64,000 nt of DNA from Giardia intestinalis (GCA_000002435.2 CM018789.1); one strand, 5' to 3'. Shown: positions 30,878-40,594, counted from the first letter of the stretch. Program-made: numbers and translations. The notes: generated from the sequence alone by a model not told the origin.

Positions 30878-32843
30878 TGCTTCCGCACAGCATACTGTAT
30901 GTGATTGGGCGACGCACTGCAGTGGTTGCTCCATCGCTGTAAATATACACCAGCTCCTTGTCTAGAATGCCCGCCTCACGCTTATTCATTGCTTCGAGCT
31001 CGTTTTCGACTCTCTCATATAGGCTAAGGACACTAGAATCTATGTCTGCATATGATTTCCACTGAGCGGGACTGGAGAGGAGACGATCCCGCATGCTCTC
31101 AAGGATCTGCAGGCTGTTAGTAGGCACACTCCGGTAAACGGTATCCCATATTTGCGTACTTGAAAGAGTAAAGTTGTGTCCAAAGCTATCAGTTCCAAAT
31201 GGCGTGGGAGCTCTCTGGGAGTTGAGGGTGCTTGAATTGGTGTGAGACATACGCCCCTGCGGATCGTCAGGCTCTTGTGTTAAGTTTATAGAAAGCCCAA
31301 TATCATAGATAATGGAAGCAAGAGTGATTGATGAAAGACGTGCAGCAGGCGGCATTATAAGAACGTTGCCAATATCAGGCGTTCCTAAGCTGACCATTGC
31401 AACAGACAGTGGGAGCAGTTCGCTCGCAAAGAGAAGGCTGCGGGCCCCAATACTAGCCAAACAGAGGGGGGAGGCAGTGGTGTAATACGTATCTAAAGGC
31501 AAAGTATTTCGTTGTGACAGGGTTCCGAGACGGATTGCCGAAGGATAGAGCAATGAGGTGTAGATGTTATCATGTGTTCTTAAAGGTAATGGTGAGTAAA
31601 GAAGATCAGTGTTCAGCTGCACCAAGGCAGCCAGCACTAACCTCTTAGTAACGTTGATTACACTCTGCTGATAGATGGAGGAGATTGTAGTTAAAAAATT
31701 AATGTAAACATGATTGGATACATGATTATCAATGTCAAATTTTTGAAGCAATCCGATTTCTGCTGCATGATCTTCTAAGCGGTGTACTGCCTTTTCAAGT
31801 TCATCGTCGCTATAGTTCAAGAATGAAAGCATAGCAATCATAATGGCAGTGGACCGAACTGAGCGATCCAATGGGTTCAAATTGTTTGAGTGGAGGAACT
31901 TGGTCAGGATCTGATCAGAGGAGTCATCGTGACGAGTGTGGTGTGTAGATATTAGATACTTGTAGTTCTGCGTGGCCACAGCTCGTGCCAGGTCAATATA
32001 AGAGGAGGACGATCCTCTCAAAAGCTCTTGTATAGCTAAGTCTAGTGACGTGCACTTGTGTAAATACACATGTTCTAATGCAGTGGCTAGTGTCCGAACA
32101 TCGCCACTCACCGCTGTCAGCGCAGTAGCAATAAAGCTCCGCATGCTCATCCCGGCTTGTATCTTGAACCTTTTCTGAAAGGCAATAGCAACCTTGTCCG
32201 CTGCGGGCATTGCTAGATGTACAACGGCAGAAAGCTCCCGAAATTGTCGTACATTACGCGCATATGCGTCGGTTGCTAGCAAAATGACGGGATGCTGTCT
32301 TCTGATGAACTTGGAGAGTTGGCCTGTTTTAACCTTTTTATCATAAGAAAGCAATCTTCGAAATAAATTATTTTGATACTGTTGAGTACTAAAGCAATCT
32401 ATATTATCAAGAATTAAGATGTGCCTGGGCATTGAGGGCTCCTTCCCTGCTGCCCGCATGAGCAATGGGTTAAGCGACGAACTCTGAACCCCGAAGATAG
32501 ACTCATACAGGCGTGGATCCTCCTCGTCGATGCAGTCAACAAGTAAGGGATCATACCCAAAGGCCCGAGAAACATACTTTGCTAAACTAGTCTTTCCCAC
32601 TCCTGTGGGCCCATATATAAGCAGACACCGTCTGTACGGAAGGCCATTCTGAAGTGTCCGAAAGTGGTCAGACCAATAGCGCTGACCTTTTGAAAAGATT
32701 GCCGGGCCTTGTGTCAAACGTTGTCCACCTGTACTTTTGGAAAAATAGAGCTCCCATAAATGCATCCATCCATAGATAAGCTCTAGCGAGTCATCATCCA
32801 TCACAAGGTCTGTGTAGCTCTCTAGGAGCACAGTGGAAGTCAT
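30849..32843 (-). CDS. AAA+ ATPase, clamp-loader (RFC/Rad17/Ctf18)-like
   Basis: The ORF-track start at 32948 would overlap the divergent gene at 32870; I prefer the ATG at 32841-32843 on the complement strand (MTSTVLLESY…). Walker A: 'RCLLIYGPTGVGKTSLAKYVSRAFGYD'. A degenerate Walker B 'HILILDNIDCF' has DE replaced by DN. Family assignment beyond AAA+ is tentative. Confidence 0.45.
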   Translation of the reverse strand: MTSTVLLESYTDLVMDDDSLELIYGWMHLWELYFSKSTGGQRLTQGPAIFSKGQRYWSDHFRTLQNGLPYRRCLLIYGPTGVGKTSLAKYVSRAFGYDPLLVDCIDEEDPRLYESIFGVQSSSLNPLLMRAAGKEPSMPRHILILDNIDCFSTQQYQNNLFRRLLSYDKKVKTGQLSKFIRRQHPVILLATDAYARNVRQFRELSAVVHLAMPAADKVAIAFQKRFKIQAGMSMRSFIATALTAVSGDVRTLATALEHVYLHKCTSLDLAIQELLRGSSSSYIDLARAVATQNYKYLISTHHTRHDDSSDQILTKFLHSNNLNPLDRSVRSTAIMIAMLSFLNYSDDELEKAVHRLEDHAAEIGLLQKFDIDNHVSNHVYINFLTTISSIYQQSVINVTKRLVLAALVQLNTDLLYSPLPLRTHDNIYTSLLYPSAIRLGTLSQRNTLPLDTYYTTASPLCLASIGARSLLFASELLPLSVAMVSLGTPDIGNVLIMPPAARLSSITLASIIYDIGLSINLTQEPDDPQGRMSHTNSSTLNSQRAPTPFGTDSFGHNFTLSSTQIWDTVYRSVPTNSLQILESMRDRLLSSPAQWKSYADIDSSVLSLYERVENELEAMNKREAGILDKELVYIYSDGATTAVRRPITYSMLCGSINNIASGGL

Positions 32844-32869
32844 TCTATTTATTATTAAAAAGCATCTCA
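32844..32869. promoter_or_regulatory. 26-bp AT-rich bidirectional promoter spacer
   Basis: Sequence is 'tctatttattattaaaaagcatctca'. It lies between the complement-strand ATG at 32841-32843 and the plus-strand ATG at 32870. Confidence 0.35.
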
Positions 32870-34093
32870 ATGTCAGCAGAGCCCGCTGATTATCCGCACA
32901 ACATTGGGGTCTCTGAGCGAGTTTTTCAAGAGTACATAGATTGCACAAAAAAGAACGACGCTCTAAAGTTTATAACGATCACCAATCAGGCGAATTTACC
33001 TCTGTCCAAGTACAAAAAGCACTCCTTAGATGAATACATGGCCATGGAAGAGACACAATTAACAATCTCGTACTTCTGCCATAGAAGCTTAGTCGAGGGC
33101 GCGCAGATCACTGTTGACGAAATCAACCTGGAAGGGGAGGCGTCATCATACCTTTGCTTCCGGAACAGTCGAACAAGCATGGAGATATATTTTCCCATTA
33201 TATCAACTAGTACTCTTACTGTGATTTTATTGCAGAAGCTCACTGTCTATGGATTGGGGTCGCAGCTCGAGCAAGCGATTAAGCAACATGTTAATGATAG
33301 AATTATCAGCAAACTATACAGTTACTTTTGCATGGGGCAAAACGATTCTCTAAACGCTCCCAAGAAATATGGGTCTATCTGCAACTTCTTTTTCAATATC
33401 GTTAGGCAGTGTTTGCGAATAAATCCTGTTGGTCCGTGTCTATACTGTGGATCTCCAATCTATGGACTCCCTGGTCGCGTTTCAGCTGCAACCGGAGACA
33501 TTCATTCGGATATTGCAATTGCCGTCAACCTGAACTTTCCCTTAGAACTGTTCGGCTCGGACACGTTGGAGAAGTATTACCCATCGCTTGAGAGCTCGTT
33601 GCCGAGTCGCCTGTACGCATTCACGGAGATAGGAGACTCTGGGGCATACACCCTCCCATTCTATACTCATCCCACCTTGGTTTTGTGCGATAACTTTGTG
33701 GATTTGATGAATGTGGTTTACGCTGAACAAGGAGATTTTGTTCCTGTCGTGAAGTCCAAGTATAACACTTTCACGGACGATGATGCTGCCATGGACCTTG
33801 TAACCTATGAATTAACTAAGACCAAATCCGGGCTTTCCGTGGAATTAAAGGGAGAACAGACCAATATTCCCCGTCCTAGTCACAGCACTTCGCTGTTTTA
33901 CCCTTACCACAATGCATGTGCTGACACCATCAGAGCCGTCCACGATAGGATTAATAAGGATGCAGTTTTGGGAGAAAACACAGAGGAGCTGAAAGAGCGG
34001 GTGAACTCAATGAATACTTATTATACCAAAGTTATCAGGGAGGTACGAGATAAGCTTAAGGTGTTTGCAGCGCAAAATCGCACTGGAGCATAG
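32870..34093 (+). CDS. hypothetical protein; possible nucleotidyltransferase-fold motif
   Basis: ATG at 32870. 'CGSPIYGLPGRVSAATGDIHSDIAIAV' resembles the Pol-beta-type NTase 'GS…GL…SDIDLxI' motif, but with non-canonical Asp spacing. This call is weak. Confidence 0.4.
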   Translation: MSAEPADYPHNIGVSERVFQEYIDCTKKNDALKFITITNQANLPLSKYKKHSLDEYMAMEETQLTISYFCHRSLVEGAQITVDEINLEGEASSYLCFRNSRTSMEIYFPIISTSTLTVILLQKLTVYGLGSQLEQAIKQHVNDRIISKLYSYFCMGQNDSLNAPKKYGSICNFFFNIVRQCLRINPVGPCLYCGSPIYGLPGRVSAATGDIHSDIAIAVNLNFPLELFGSDTLEKYYPSLESSLPSRLYAFTEIGDSGAYTLPFYTHPTLVLCDNFVDLMNVVYAEQGDFVPVVKSKYNTFTDDDAAMDLVTYELTKTKSGLSVELKGEQTNIPRPSHSTSLFYPYHNACADTIRAVHDRINKDAVLGENTEELKERVNSMNTYYTKVIREVRDKLKVFAAQNRTGA

Positions 34094-34148
34094 GCCACAG
34101 CACCTTTCTATTCCTTGCTTATTTTATTTATGCATTACCGAGGCTGTT

Positions 34149-35153
34149 TTATTCACTGTGTATGGCCGCGACTTTCTGCTTGTGCTCTGTAACTTTTTTA
34201 AAGAAGAGCATTCGATTCAGGGCAGTAGTCCCGCCACATGGTGCGTTAGAGACTAGACTAATTCCTTCCATGAGCCTATCGTCAGTGAGTGGTGTAGTCG
34301 TTGCTAGTGGTATAACGTATAGCTTGGATCGTCTAATTGGCTCCCCTAGATCAAGAATTGACGAGATGATATCGGGAAATGGATGGATAACTGATCGGTA
34401 TTTCCAAGTATTGCTCACACTGACACATGCAGCCTTCTTATTAGAGAGGCGTGACTCGTTAAACAGCTGGAGATTCAATGCTGGCTTCAAGACTACTCGG
34501 CCGTTTGTTGGAGAGCACTCCGGGAAGAAGAGAACAGATGCATCTTCTCCTAGTTTTTCTAGTCTGCTGAGAATACGCTTGAAGCTATCAATTGTGGCTG
34601 CCGATGAAAAGTCTATGGAACTGACGTTAGGTGGTTCTTTGACATTTCTGCAACGCTGATCATAGATGCATAGAAGAATAAATGCCTTGACCGGTGTCTC
34701 AATCCTATGAGTCAGGCCTCCTCTGTCTTCTGATGTATACCAGGGAACATGCACGTACGTTGGAGAGAGATGATAAATGTATATGAGTAGGTCTGTCGGG
34801 GTAGTAAGATTACCAAACAACAAAGAATACTTTTCTGCAAAGACCTGTTGGGCACGGTTAGTCTTTGTGGACTTGAATGCTGGCACACGATAGAAGCCGT
34901 TCAGGATAAGCAGCAGTCGAGCAAAGTACGTGTTTATACACCTCATCCTTACAATGACAGCTGATAGGTACCACAGGAAAAGAACTTGAACAGTAAGAGG
35001 AGCTCTTACTGTAATCAAAAGGGGCGCCAGAAGGTAAGCTCTAAGGAAGGCCCAGGATCTCTCAAGCATCCCCCAATCAGAGGTTGCAGGGACACGCTCG
35101 TCAAATGGACATCTCCCCGTGATCTGATCGGCCAGCCCGTGGTATTTTTCCAT
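34149..35153 (-). CDS. integral membrane protein, possible lysophospholipid acyltransferase-like ('FPEGT'-type motif)
   Basis: ATG verified at 35151-35153 on the complement strand. Several hydrophobic helices are present. 'VLFFPECSPTNGRVVLK' resembles acyltransferase motif III (FPEGTR). No clear HX4D motif was found, so the function is tentative. Confidence 0.35.
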   Translation of the reverse strand: MEKYHGLADQITGRCPFDERVPATSDWGMLERSWAFLRAYLLAPLLITVRAPLTVQVLFLWYLSAVIVRMRCINTYFARLLLILNGFYRVPAFKSTKTNRAQQVFAEKYSLLFGNLTTPTDLLIYIYHLSPTYVHVPWYTSEDRGGLTHRIETPVKAFILLCIYDQRCRNVKEPPNVSSIDFSSAATIDSFKRILSRLEKLGEDASVLFFPECSPTNGRVVLKPALNLQLFNESRLSNKKAACVSVSNTWKYRSVIHPFPDIISSILDLGEPIRRSKLYVIPLATTTPLTDDRLMEGISLVSNAPCGGTTALNRMLFFKKVTEHKQKVAAIHSE

Positions 35154-35165
35154 TTAATTAAAGCA
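35154..35165. promoter_or_regulatory. 12-bp AT-rich bidirectional initiator/promoter spacer between divergent start codons
   Basis: Sequence is 'ttaattaaagca'. It lies between the complement-strand ATG at 35151-35153 and the plus-strand ATG at 35166-35168. Confidence 0.4.
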
Positions 35166-35618
35166 ATGTCTTTGTACAGTAGCCGGTTTAGCATTGCGTC
35201 CTTCGACCCCGAGTGCGTCAAATACTACGACAATATAGGAAGGGTGCTACTAGAGTCCACTGATGACCCTGATGTTTTTCTGACCCTCGATTACAATCTC
35301 GAGCTTTATCCCAAGTTGAACAAAAACGCGCGGTCACTGGAGGTGCAGATACTCTCCAGTATCTCATATCAGGACTTCAATGTTAGTGCAGACTCTCCTA
35401 ACTATGACCCAAAACTCTCCGAGATCCTTCACGACGCCTACCCAGACTTAGATTATGCTATGCACGGCACTGTATTTGAGTTTCGCGCCGTTGGCGATAA
35501 AGTCGACATGTTCATATCTTTTGGGGGGCTCATCGCCAAGCTCCAGGCGCCAGCATTCAGGCTTGAGCGCTTCAAGTTCGGCATGAAGCTCTATCTATTG
35601 TGCTGCAATACTATGTGA
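35166..35618 (+). CDS. RPB8: DNA-directed RNA polymerases I/II/III common subunit RPABC3 (Rpb8)
   Basis: The ORF-track start at 34986 overlaps the divergent gene; the internal ATG at 35166 gives a 150-aa protein. 'LDYNLELYPKL', 'YDYAMHGTVFEF', 'MFISFGGLIAKLQA' and 'KLYLLC' align with Rpb8 'LDINVELFPV', 'YDYVMYGTAYKF', 'VYYSFGGLLMRLEG' and 'AYLLIRR'. Confidence 0.65.
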   Translation: MSLYSSRFSIASFDPECVKYYDNIGRVLLESTDDPDVFLTLDYNLELYPKLNKNARSLEVQILSSISYQDFNVSADSPNYDPKLSEILHDAYPDLDYAMHGTVFEFRAVGDKVDMFISFGGLIAKLQAPAFRLERFKFGMKLYLLCCNTM

Positions 35619-35664
35619 ACTGAGAGTCTAACTGATTTACTTTCACTGGAATACGTATCGATGC

Positions 35665-38600
35665 CTATGCAGAGGGAATGATGGTGGAGATCGTGCGAAC
35701 TACTGCCTCCTTCTTCTCAGGGGTTACGATAGATGAGCAGTGAGTTGCGTAGTACATGGCTGTACGATTGTTGCTATCACGGAGCTCTGCCTCCAGAGAA
35801 ACAAGACACATCACAGCGTCCAAGGATCCATTGTAGCAGGCGTGCATGAGCGCGGAGCACTGATTGCCGATTGAAATGCCAGTCTTATCCTGGAGACCTC
35901 CCTCAAGAGGCATGAGAAGCCGCACCACTTCAGGTTTGTTGCTGCGTGCGGCGTACATAAGGGCGGTCATTCCATTGTTTGACCTGAGCCTGCTCTCACG
36001 TTTCTTGAGCATATTAACAAAGCAGGTATTGCCTTTGTATGCCGCGTACATAAGCGCAGTCTTGCCATCCTTGTCCTGCAAACCAGATTGAACCTGGAAC
36101 AACGACCAGCCAAGCAGATAGTCGTCGGCTATGATGGCGTCCATTAACTCTGTCCGTCGTCCTCCTGCTGTGCTGAAGCTAGAGACGTCTGCACCCTCTA
36201 GCTTAGTCAGTAACTGCGCCACCTTAAAGTCTTCCCGTTTGAGGGCCAGGTGCAGGGCCAGTTTGCCATCTTTGCGCCGTAAGCCTCCTTCCAATGGAGC
36301 AAGAAGCCTAATCATGTCTTGGTTTCCTTTATTAACTGCCAACATAAGGGCTGTCGTGCCGTCCTTTAGCTGAGCTTTGGCGTATTGCAGAGCACGATGA
36401 GCAGCGTCAATATTATTGACTAGAACGGCCTGCATTAAGGGCGTGTGCTCTGTAGCCTTGCGTTGCGGTGATTGTGTACCATCGATAATTGTACTGGGCT
36501 TACTAAACCTAGGGCTGCTGCTGGGTCCACCGACAAGGTTAGTCTGGTTCTTGATCGTACTTGAACTGCGGCCGGGACCGGTTTGTGACTGGGGCTGTTG
36601 GGCCTGTTCTCTCGTCAATAGCATGACAGCATCCTGTAGCTGGTTCATCTGTCTCTGAAGATGGTCCAACTTAGCAGAAGAAGCCCCCCTGTCTCCAACA
36701 TATGGAGAAATAATAGAGGGAGAGTCGTGTCGCAGCTGCTGATCATTGACTCGGCCAGAGAAGGGACTTGACTGCTCTAACCTTACTTCAACCCTATCCG
36801 CATCTGTCTCCAACTTATGAATCTTTCCTTTTAAGTCCGTTATGTGGCGTCTGAGTGTCTCTATGTCGCTGAAAGCATCTAGAATAGCATGGTATGTGAG
36901 ATCGGTCATTGTTTCCCCGTCACAAACAGCACTCCGCTTCTCTAAAAGTGATACTAATCTTATATTCTCAGACTGGACCTCATCAATCAGGGCCTTTTGA
37001 TCGTCATTTGCCTTCTTAAGGACACCAAGCTCGTGCCTTAGTTCACCCTGATCATTAAGATCGGCTAACAATTGGTCAACCCTGCCAGTTAAAGATGTGC
37101 ACTCGTTATTCAGATCCTCGATTAACTTGTCCTTCTTATGGTGCTCTTCAGCACCTTTAAGAACTTCAGAAAGCTGTTGTAGAAGGTCCTCCCTTTCATT
37201 TCTTAGAAGCACAAGCGCACCTTTGGATTTGTCCAACTCATCCGAAAGAAGCTTGTTCTCGTTGTTGAGCTGCTTGACTTTGTCTGTGTTACGTTGGTTC
37301 TGAGAAGCGAGCTCTGCACAATTGGGACAGTTCCCGGCGTAATCATACGGGTGATCTTCCCAGCCGTCGTCCCCTCGTTGCTTCTGCTTCCCCCGAGCCT
37401 GTGACGGTGATGATTGCTTTGTTGCTTCAAGAATATCGTTCTGCTGCTTTATGCGCGCTTGCAGCACCTGAATTAAAGACTGGTCGTTTTTCTGGACTTG
37501 TTCTGCATGGTCTCTATAAGAGTCGAATTCCTGTTGTAAGCGGTTCAAGTCTGTATCACTAGATAGAGCAGCTGGTTGTTTTGTAGGTGAAGAGTGTCTA
37601 GGGAAGCGTTGGTGCCTGAGTGTATTTTGCAGAGAAACGATGGCTTCATCCTTCTGTTGAATACGGTTGTTTAGCTCTTGTAATTCGCCTCGTAATTGTT
37701 GAATAATTCGCGAAGCTTCGATATTAGCGCTTAGAGCATCATAGTCATTAGCAACAGACATCCCGGCGTGGGATTTGGCCGCATTTTCCTGTGCCTCAGA
37801 AAGAGATGCGCGCAAGAGAGATATTTCGCGAACCAAGCGGGCTATTTCTTCATCTTTTTCGATCATGCGCCCTGCAATATTCCGACTTTCTGCAGCAAAA
37901 GCCTGTACTTGGTCTGAAAGAGACTGGGCGAGATTATTTTCAACAGCCCCGACAAAGTCCATGTGCTTCTGAAAACGCTCCTGGGCTAAGGTGTATTCTG
38001 CCAACAATGCGTCATAGTCGGCCCTAGGGACAACATCTGCTAAATATTCGTCTGATTCCTGTTCCATAGGATAGAGAGTCTTAGGCGGAAGGATTGCAGT
38101 GGGAATTTGAACTGGCTGCCCATAAGGAGCATATCCATCAGCAGAAAAGTTGATGTCTTGCTGCGCGCTTCGTGATCTCAGAGGAGACGCAGTTCTGCTG
38201 GTCTGCGCACTACGCACCTCATCGAGCTCGGCGTATAACTGGCTTATCTCTTGATCCTTTTCTTCTAAAAGCTTTTGCGTGCGGTGCTGCCCAGAGACGA
38301 ACAAGTTGATCTGATTGCTTACAGTGTCTGCCAAATTGCGCTCCACGGTCTTCGTGAAATTGACGTGATTCTTGAACTTGTTCTGAGTATCTGCTAGAGT
38401 CGTCTCCAGCTCGTGTATCCTCTGCATCAAAGTGTCTATCTGTTTATTTTTCTGGTCCATGAGCTGATGAAGCTTAGCAGTATCAGAGCTGAACGGCCCC
38501 ACAGGTATCTCAGAAATCGTGCTTATTGTGCTCTCCTCCAACTTCATGTGTTGCCCTGGTCCAGAAGTGGCGGTACTGGAAGTAGAGGTAGGGCCAGTCG

Positions 38601-39957
38601 CCCTCTGCGCTAAGGCTGAATGCTGGGCCTCGGTCCGATCTGTCTTCTCCTGAAGCAAGAGTTGCAAGGAAGCAATTATGTTATCCGGTTGGTAGGCGTC
38701 TTCCCTTCCGTGATAGTGAAACGCAATAATCCCTTTGATATTATCTAGCAGCGCTTCTAAGCGCCTTATATTGTGAGTTTTCTCATCCAGTTTTTCTAAT
38801 AGCTTCAAGTTCTCTGCTCTGTAGGTCTTTATCTCCTCAGCAGACGGGGATACATCCATGTTCGGGGAGACACTCCGCAAATCATCAAAGACCCTAGTGT
38901 CACAAGGAGAAATAAGGGGAGCATAGACCTTTGTGAACTCGCAAAGAGAATAATAAAGTAGTTTGGACTCTCTACTTGCGATGTCAAGTTGGTACTTCTT
39001 TAGCGACCGAAAGATGTGAGATAACACTTGAGATTCTGCGTACAAGGATTCATAGGTCAACGAAGCGGCTCGAACATCTGCAGTGTGTAACAGCAAAGAT
39101 TGAAGACGCTGTATCTCATCGTCTCGGTCTTGCAAAAGTCGTTCCCAGTGGTTGGAAGTCCTTGGCCTAAATTCGGTCTTAGGCGAAGATGAAGCTGACA
39201 TTACATTTAGGCTTACTTCGGGAGCAACTGTTGTGCTATATCTGTCGTATCCATCGGTTGATTCCTTCCGACTTCCTGAGGGAAGGTAGTTGCCACGAAA
39301 GTCAGGCTTACTTGATGATATGGGAATAGGCTCAGATTCTATAGATAGTACAGGGGGAGAGCCTTGGAGGGTAGGAGGTCCAGGACTGTTGAGCTCTGCC
39401 TTCTTGTCACAGCGTACCTCACGCAGAAGGTCGACAAGATCGAACTTCTCGCTCTCTTGCGCAAGAGCACTAAGTCGATTGCGTTCATCATCATCTAGTG
39501 GATTGCTCGATAGCAGAATGTGCAGAATTTCCGCATTGCCAATGGCAATGGCAAAGTCAAAGACAGAATGTCCGTCCGCGTCTTTTCTAAGAGGATATGC
39601 GCCGCTTAGATACTCAACCACATCTTTAGCCTCGTAGCTCACGGCAATCATAAAGACATCCTGGTCATTGGCGCCGATAACATTCTTCTCGAGTGGACCC
39701 AGATATGCGCAAATGGGCAGATGGTCCTGCATGGCTGCGAGCATCATGGCTGTGTGGCCTTCTGAATTTAGCATCCCAGACTCCTTTGGGGCGAGCAGCT
39801 CAACAATCTCTAAACTTCCGCGCTTTGCAGCCAGCATAAGGCCTGTTGTCCCAGTTGAATCAGTCCGCCGAGCACAGCCCTCCATTAGTTTCTTTACTGC
39901 AGGGACGTTCCGTGCAGAAATGGCCTGAATCCAGTCATCAGGCGCATCACTACTCAT
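35665..39957 (-). CDS. ankyrin–coiled-coil–ankyrin protein (protein 21.1-like), 1430 aa
   Basis: ATG verified at 39955-39957 on the complement strand. N-terminal ANK: 'GTTGLMLAAKRGSLEIVELLAP…GHTAMMLAAMQDHLPICAYL'. A central heptad-rich region follows. C-terminal ANK: 'GTTALMLAVNKGNQDMIRLLAPLEGGL…GKTALMYAAYKGNTCFVNML…GMTALMYAARSNKPEVVRLLMPLEGGL'. Confidence 0.65.
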   Translation of the reverse strand: MSSDAPDDWIQAISARNVPAVKKLMEGCARRTDSTGTTGLMLAAKRGSLEIVELLAPKESGMLNSEGHTAMMLAAMQDHLPICAYLGPLEKNVIGANDQDVFMIAVSYEAKDVVEYLSGAYPLRKDADGHSVFDFAIAIGNAEILHILLSSNPLDDDERNRLSALAQESEKFDLVDLLREVRCDKKAELNSPGPPTLQGSPPVLSIESEPIPISSSKPDFRGNYLPSGSRKESTDGYDRYSTTVAPEVSLNVMSASSSPKTEFRPRTSNHWERLLQDRDDEIQRLQSLLLHTADVRAASLTYESLYAESQVLSHIFRSLKKYQLDIASRESKLLYYSLCEFTKVYAPLISPCDTRVFDDLRSVSPNMDVSPSAEEIKTYRAENLKLLEKLDEKTHNIRRLEALLDNIKGIIAFHYHGREDAYQPDNIIASLQLLLQEKTDRTEAQHSALAQRATGPTSTSSTATSGPGQHMKLEESTISTISEIPVGPFSSDTAKLHQLMDQKNKQIDTLMQRIHELETTLADTQNKFKNHVNFTKTVERNLADTVSNQINLFVSGQHRTQKLLEEKDQEISQLYAELDEVRSAQTSRTASPLRSRSAQQDINFSADGYAPYGQPVQIPTAILPPKTLYPMEQESDEYLADVVPRADYDALLAEYTLAQERFQKHMDFVGAVENNLAQSLSDQVQAFAAESRNIAGRMIEKDEEIARLVREISLLRASLSEAQENAAKSHAGMSVANDYDALSANIEASRIIQQLRGELQELNNRIQQKDEAIVSLQNTLRHQRFPRHSSPTKQPAALSSDTDLNRLQQEFDSYRDHAEQVQKNDQSLIQVLQARIKQQNDILEATKQSSPSQARGKQKQRGDDGWEDHPYDYAGNCPNCAELASQNQRNTDKVKQLNNENKLLSDELDKSKGALVLLRNEREDLLQQLSEVLKGAEEHHKKDKLIEDLNNECTSLTGRVDQLLADLNDQGELRHELGVLKKANDDQKALIDEVQSENIRLVSLLEKRSAVCDGETMTDLTYHAILDAFSDIETLRRHITDLKGKIHKLETDADRVEVRLEQSSPFSGRVNDQQLRHDSPSIISPYVGDRGASSAKLDHLQRQMNQLQDAVMLLTREQAQQPQSQTGPGRSSSTIKNQTNLVGGPSSSPRFSKPSTIIDGTQSPQRKATEHTPLMQAVLVNNIDAAHRALQYAKAQLKDGTTALMLAVNKGNQDMIRLLAPLEGGLRRKDGKLALHLALKREDFKVAQLLTKLEGADVSSFSTAGGRRTELMDAIIADDYLLGWSLFQVQSGLQDKDGKTALMYAAYKGNTCFVNMLKKRESRLRSNNGMTALMYAARSNKPEVVRLLMPLEGGLQDKTGISIGNQCSALMHACYNGSLDAVMCLVSLEAELRDSNNRTAMYYATHCSSIVTPEKKEAVVRTISTIIPSA

Positions 39958-39966
39958 GCAGAGAAT

Positions 39967-40563
39967 TTATTCAATTCTGGGTGTGAATATCTTGAACGGT
40001 ATGTCCTGTTCGTAGAGCCTAGCAAGGAGCTCATTCGTGGATGTGTCTTGTGAAGGAGAAACCTTGTAGCTACAAAGCTCGATTGGCCGGGTCGTGCCGT
40101 GGGGTAGAATGAACAGGCTGTAGTGACATTTCAAGAACAAGTCGTCCGGATCATGTCCAAGGGACCGCACAATTTTATTATGCAGGTCCCTAAGATGGTA
40201 GTTCCGTGTCAGATAAAGACCCCTGTGTGGTGGAGGATAAGGGGACAGCTCGGAAATCAATCTTTGTAGCATTGAAGCCACGGGTAAATAATTGCACAAG
40301 GCCGTAAGAAGCCCAAAGGGAACGTGCGTATATGGGTGCACCGGCTGAATGTTGGTTATGAGTTCAGGAAAGGTGGCGTCTCCGTTGTAGATGTTACTTG
40401 TCGGTCTAATAGGATAGAAAAACAGAAGAATGGGATACTGCTCTACATGTTCTGGGGCAAGCTGTGCGGCCGAAATCTGCATCCAGGAGCAGCTGACGCC
40501 AATACGTTCAGATGCCCGGTTCAGATATTCCACAGATGGAGGAACCGGCAGCCAATCTTCCAT
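39967..40563 (-). CDS. hypothetical protein (198 aa)
   Basis: ATG verified at 40561-40563 on the complement strand. Its stop lies only 9 nt upstream of the next gene's ATG on the same strand. No recognisable motif. Confidence 0.45.
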   Translation of the reverse strand: MEDWLPVPPSVEYLNRASERIGVSCSWMQISAAQLAPEHVEQYPILLFFYPIRPTSNIYNGDATFPELITNIQPVHPYTHVPFGLLTALCNYLPVASMLQRLISELSPYPPPHRGLYLTRNYHLRDLHNKIVRSLGHDPDDLFLKCHYSLFILPHGTTRPIELCSYKVSPSQDTSTNELLARLYEQDIPFKIFTPRIE

Positions 40564-40587
40564 TTTTAATGCATGGACCAGAAAAAC

Positions 40588-40594
40588 GTTTACT
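40588..40594 (-). promoter_or_regulatory. putative Giardia poly(A) signal AGTAAAC for cathepsin-B gene
   Basis: GTTTACT on the + strand equals AGTAAAC on the gene strand. It lies about 43 nt 3' of the stop at 40637. Confidence 0.35.

Noticed and set aside
34162-34659. 165-aa + strand ORF
   Set aside because: It is antisense within the 334-aa membrane-protein gene on the complement strand and is Ser/Leu-rich with no motif.
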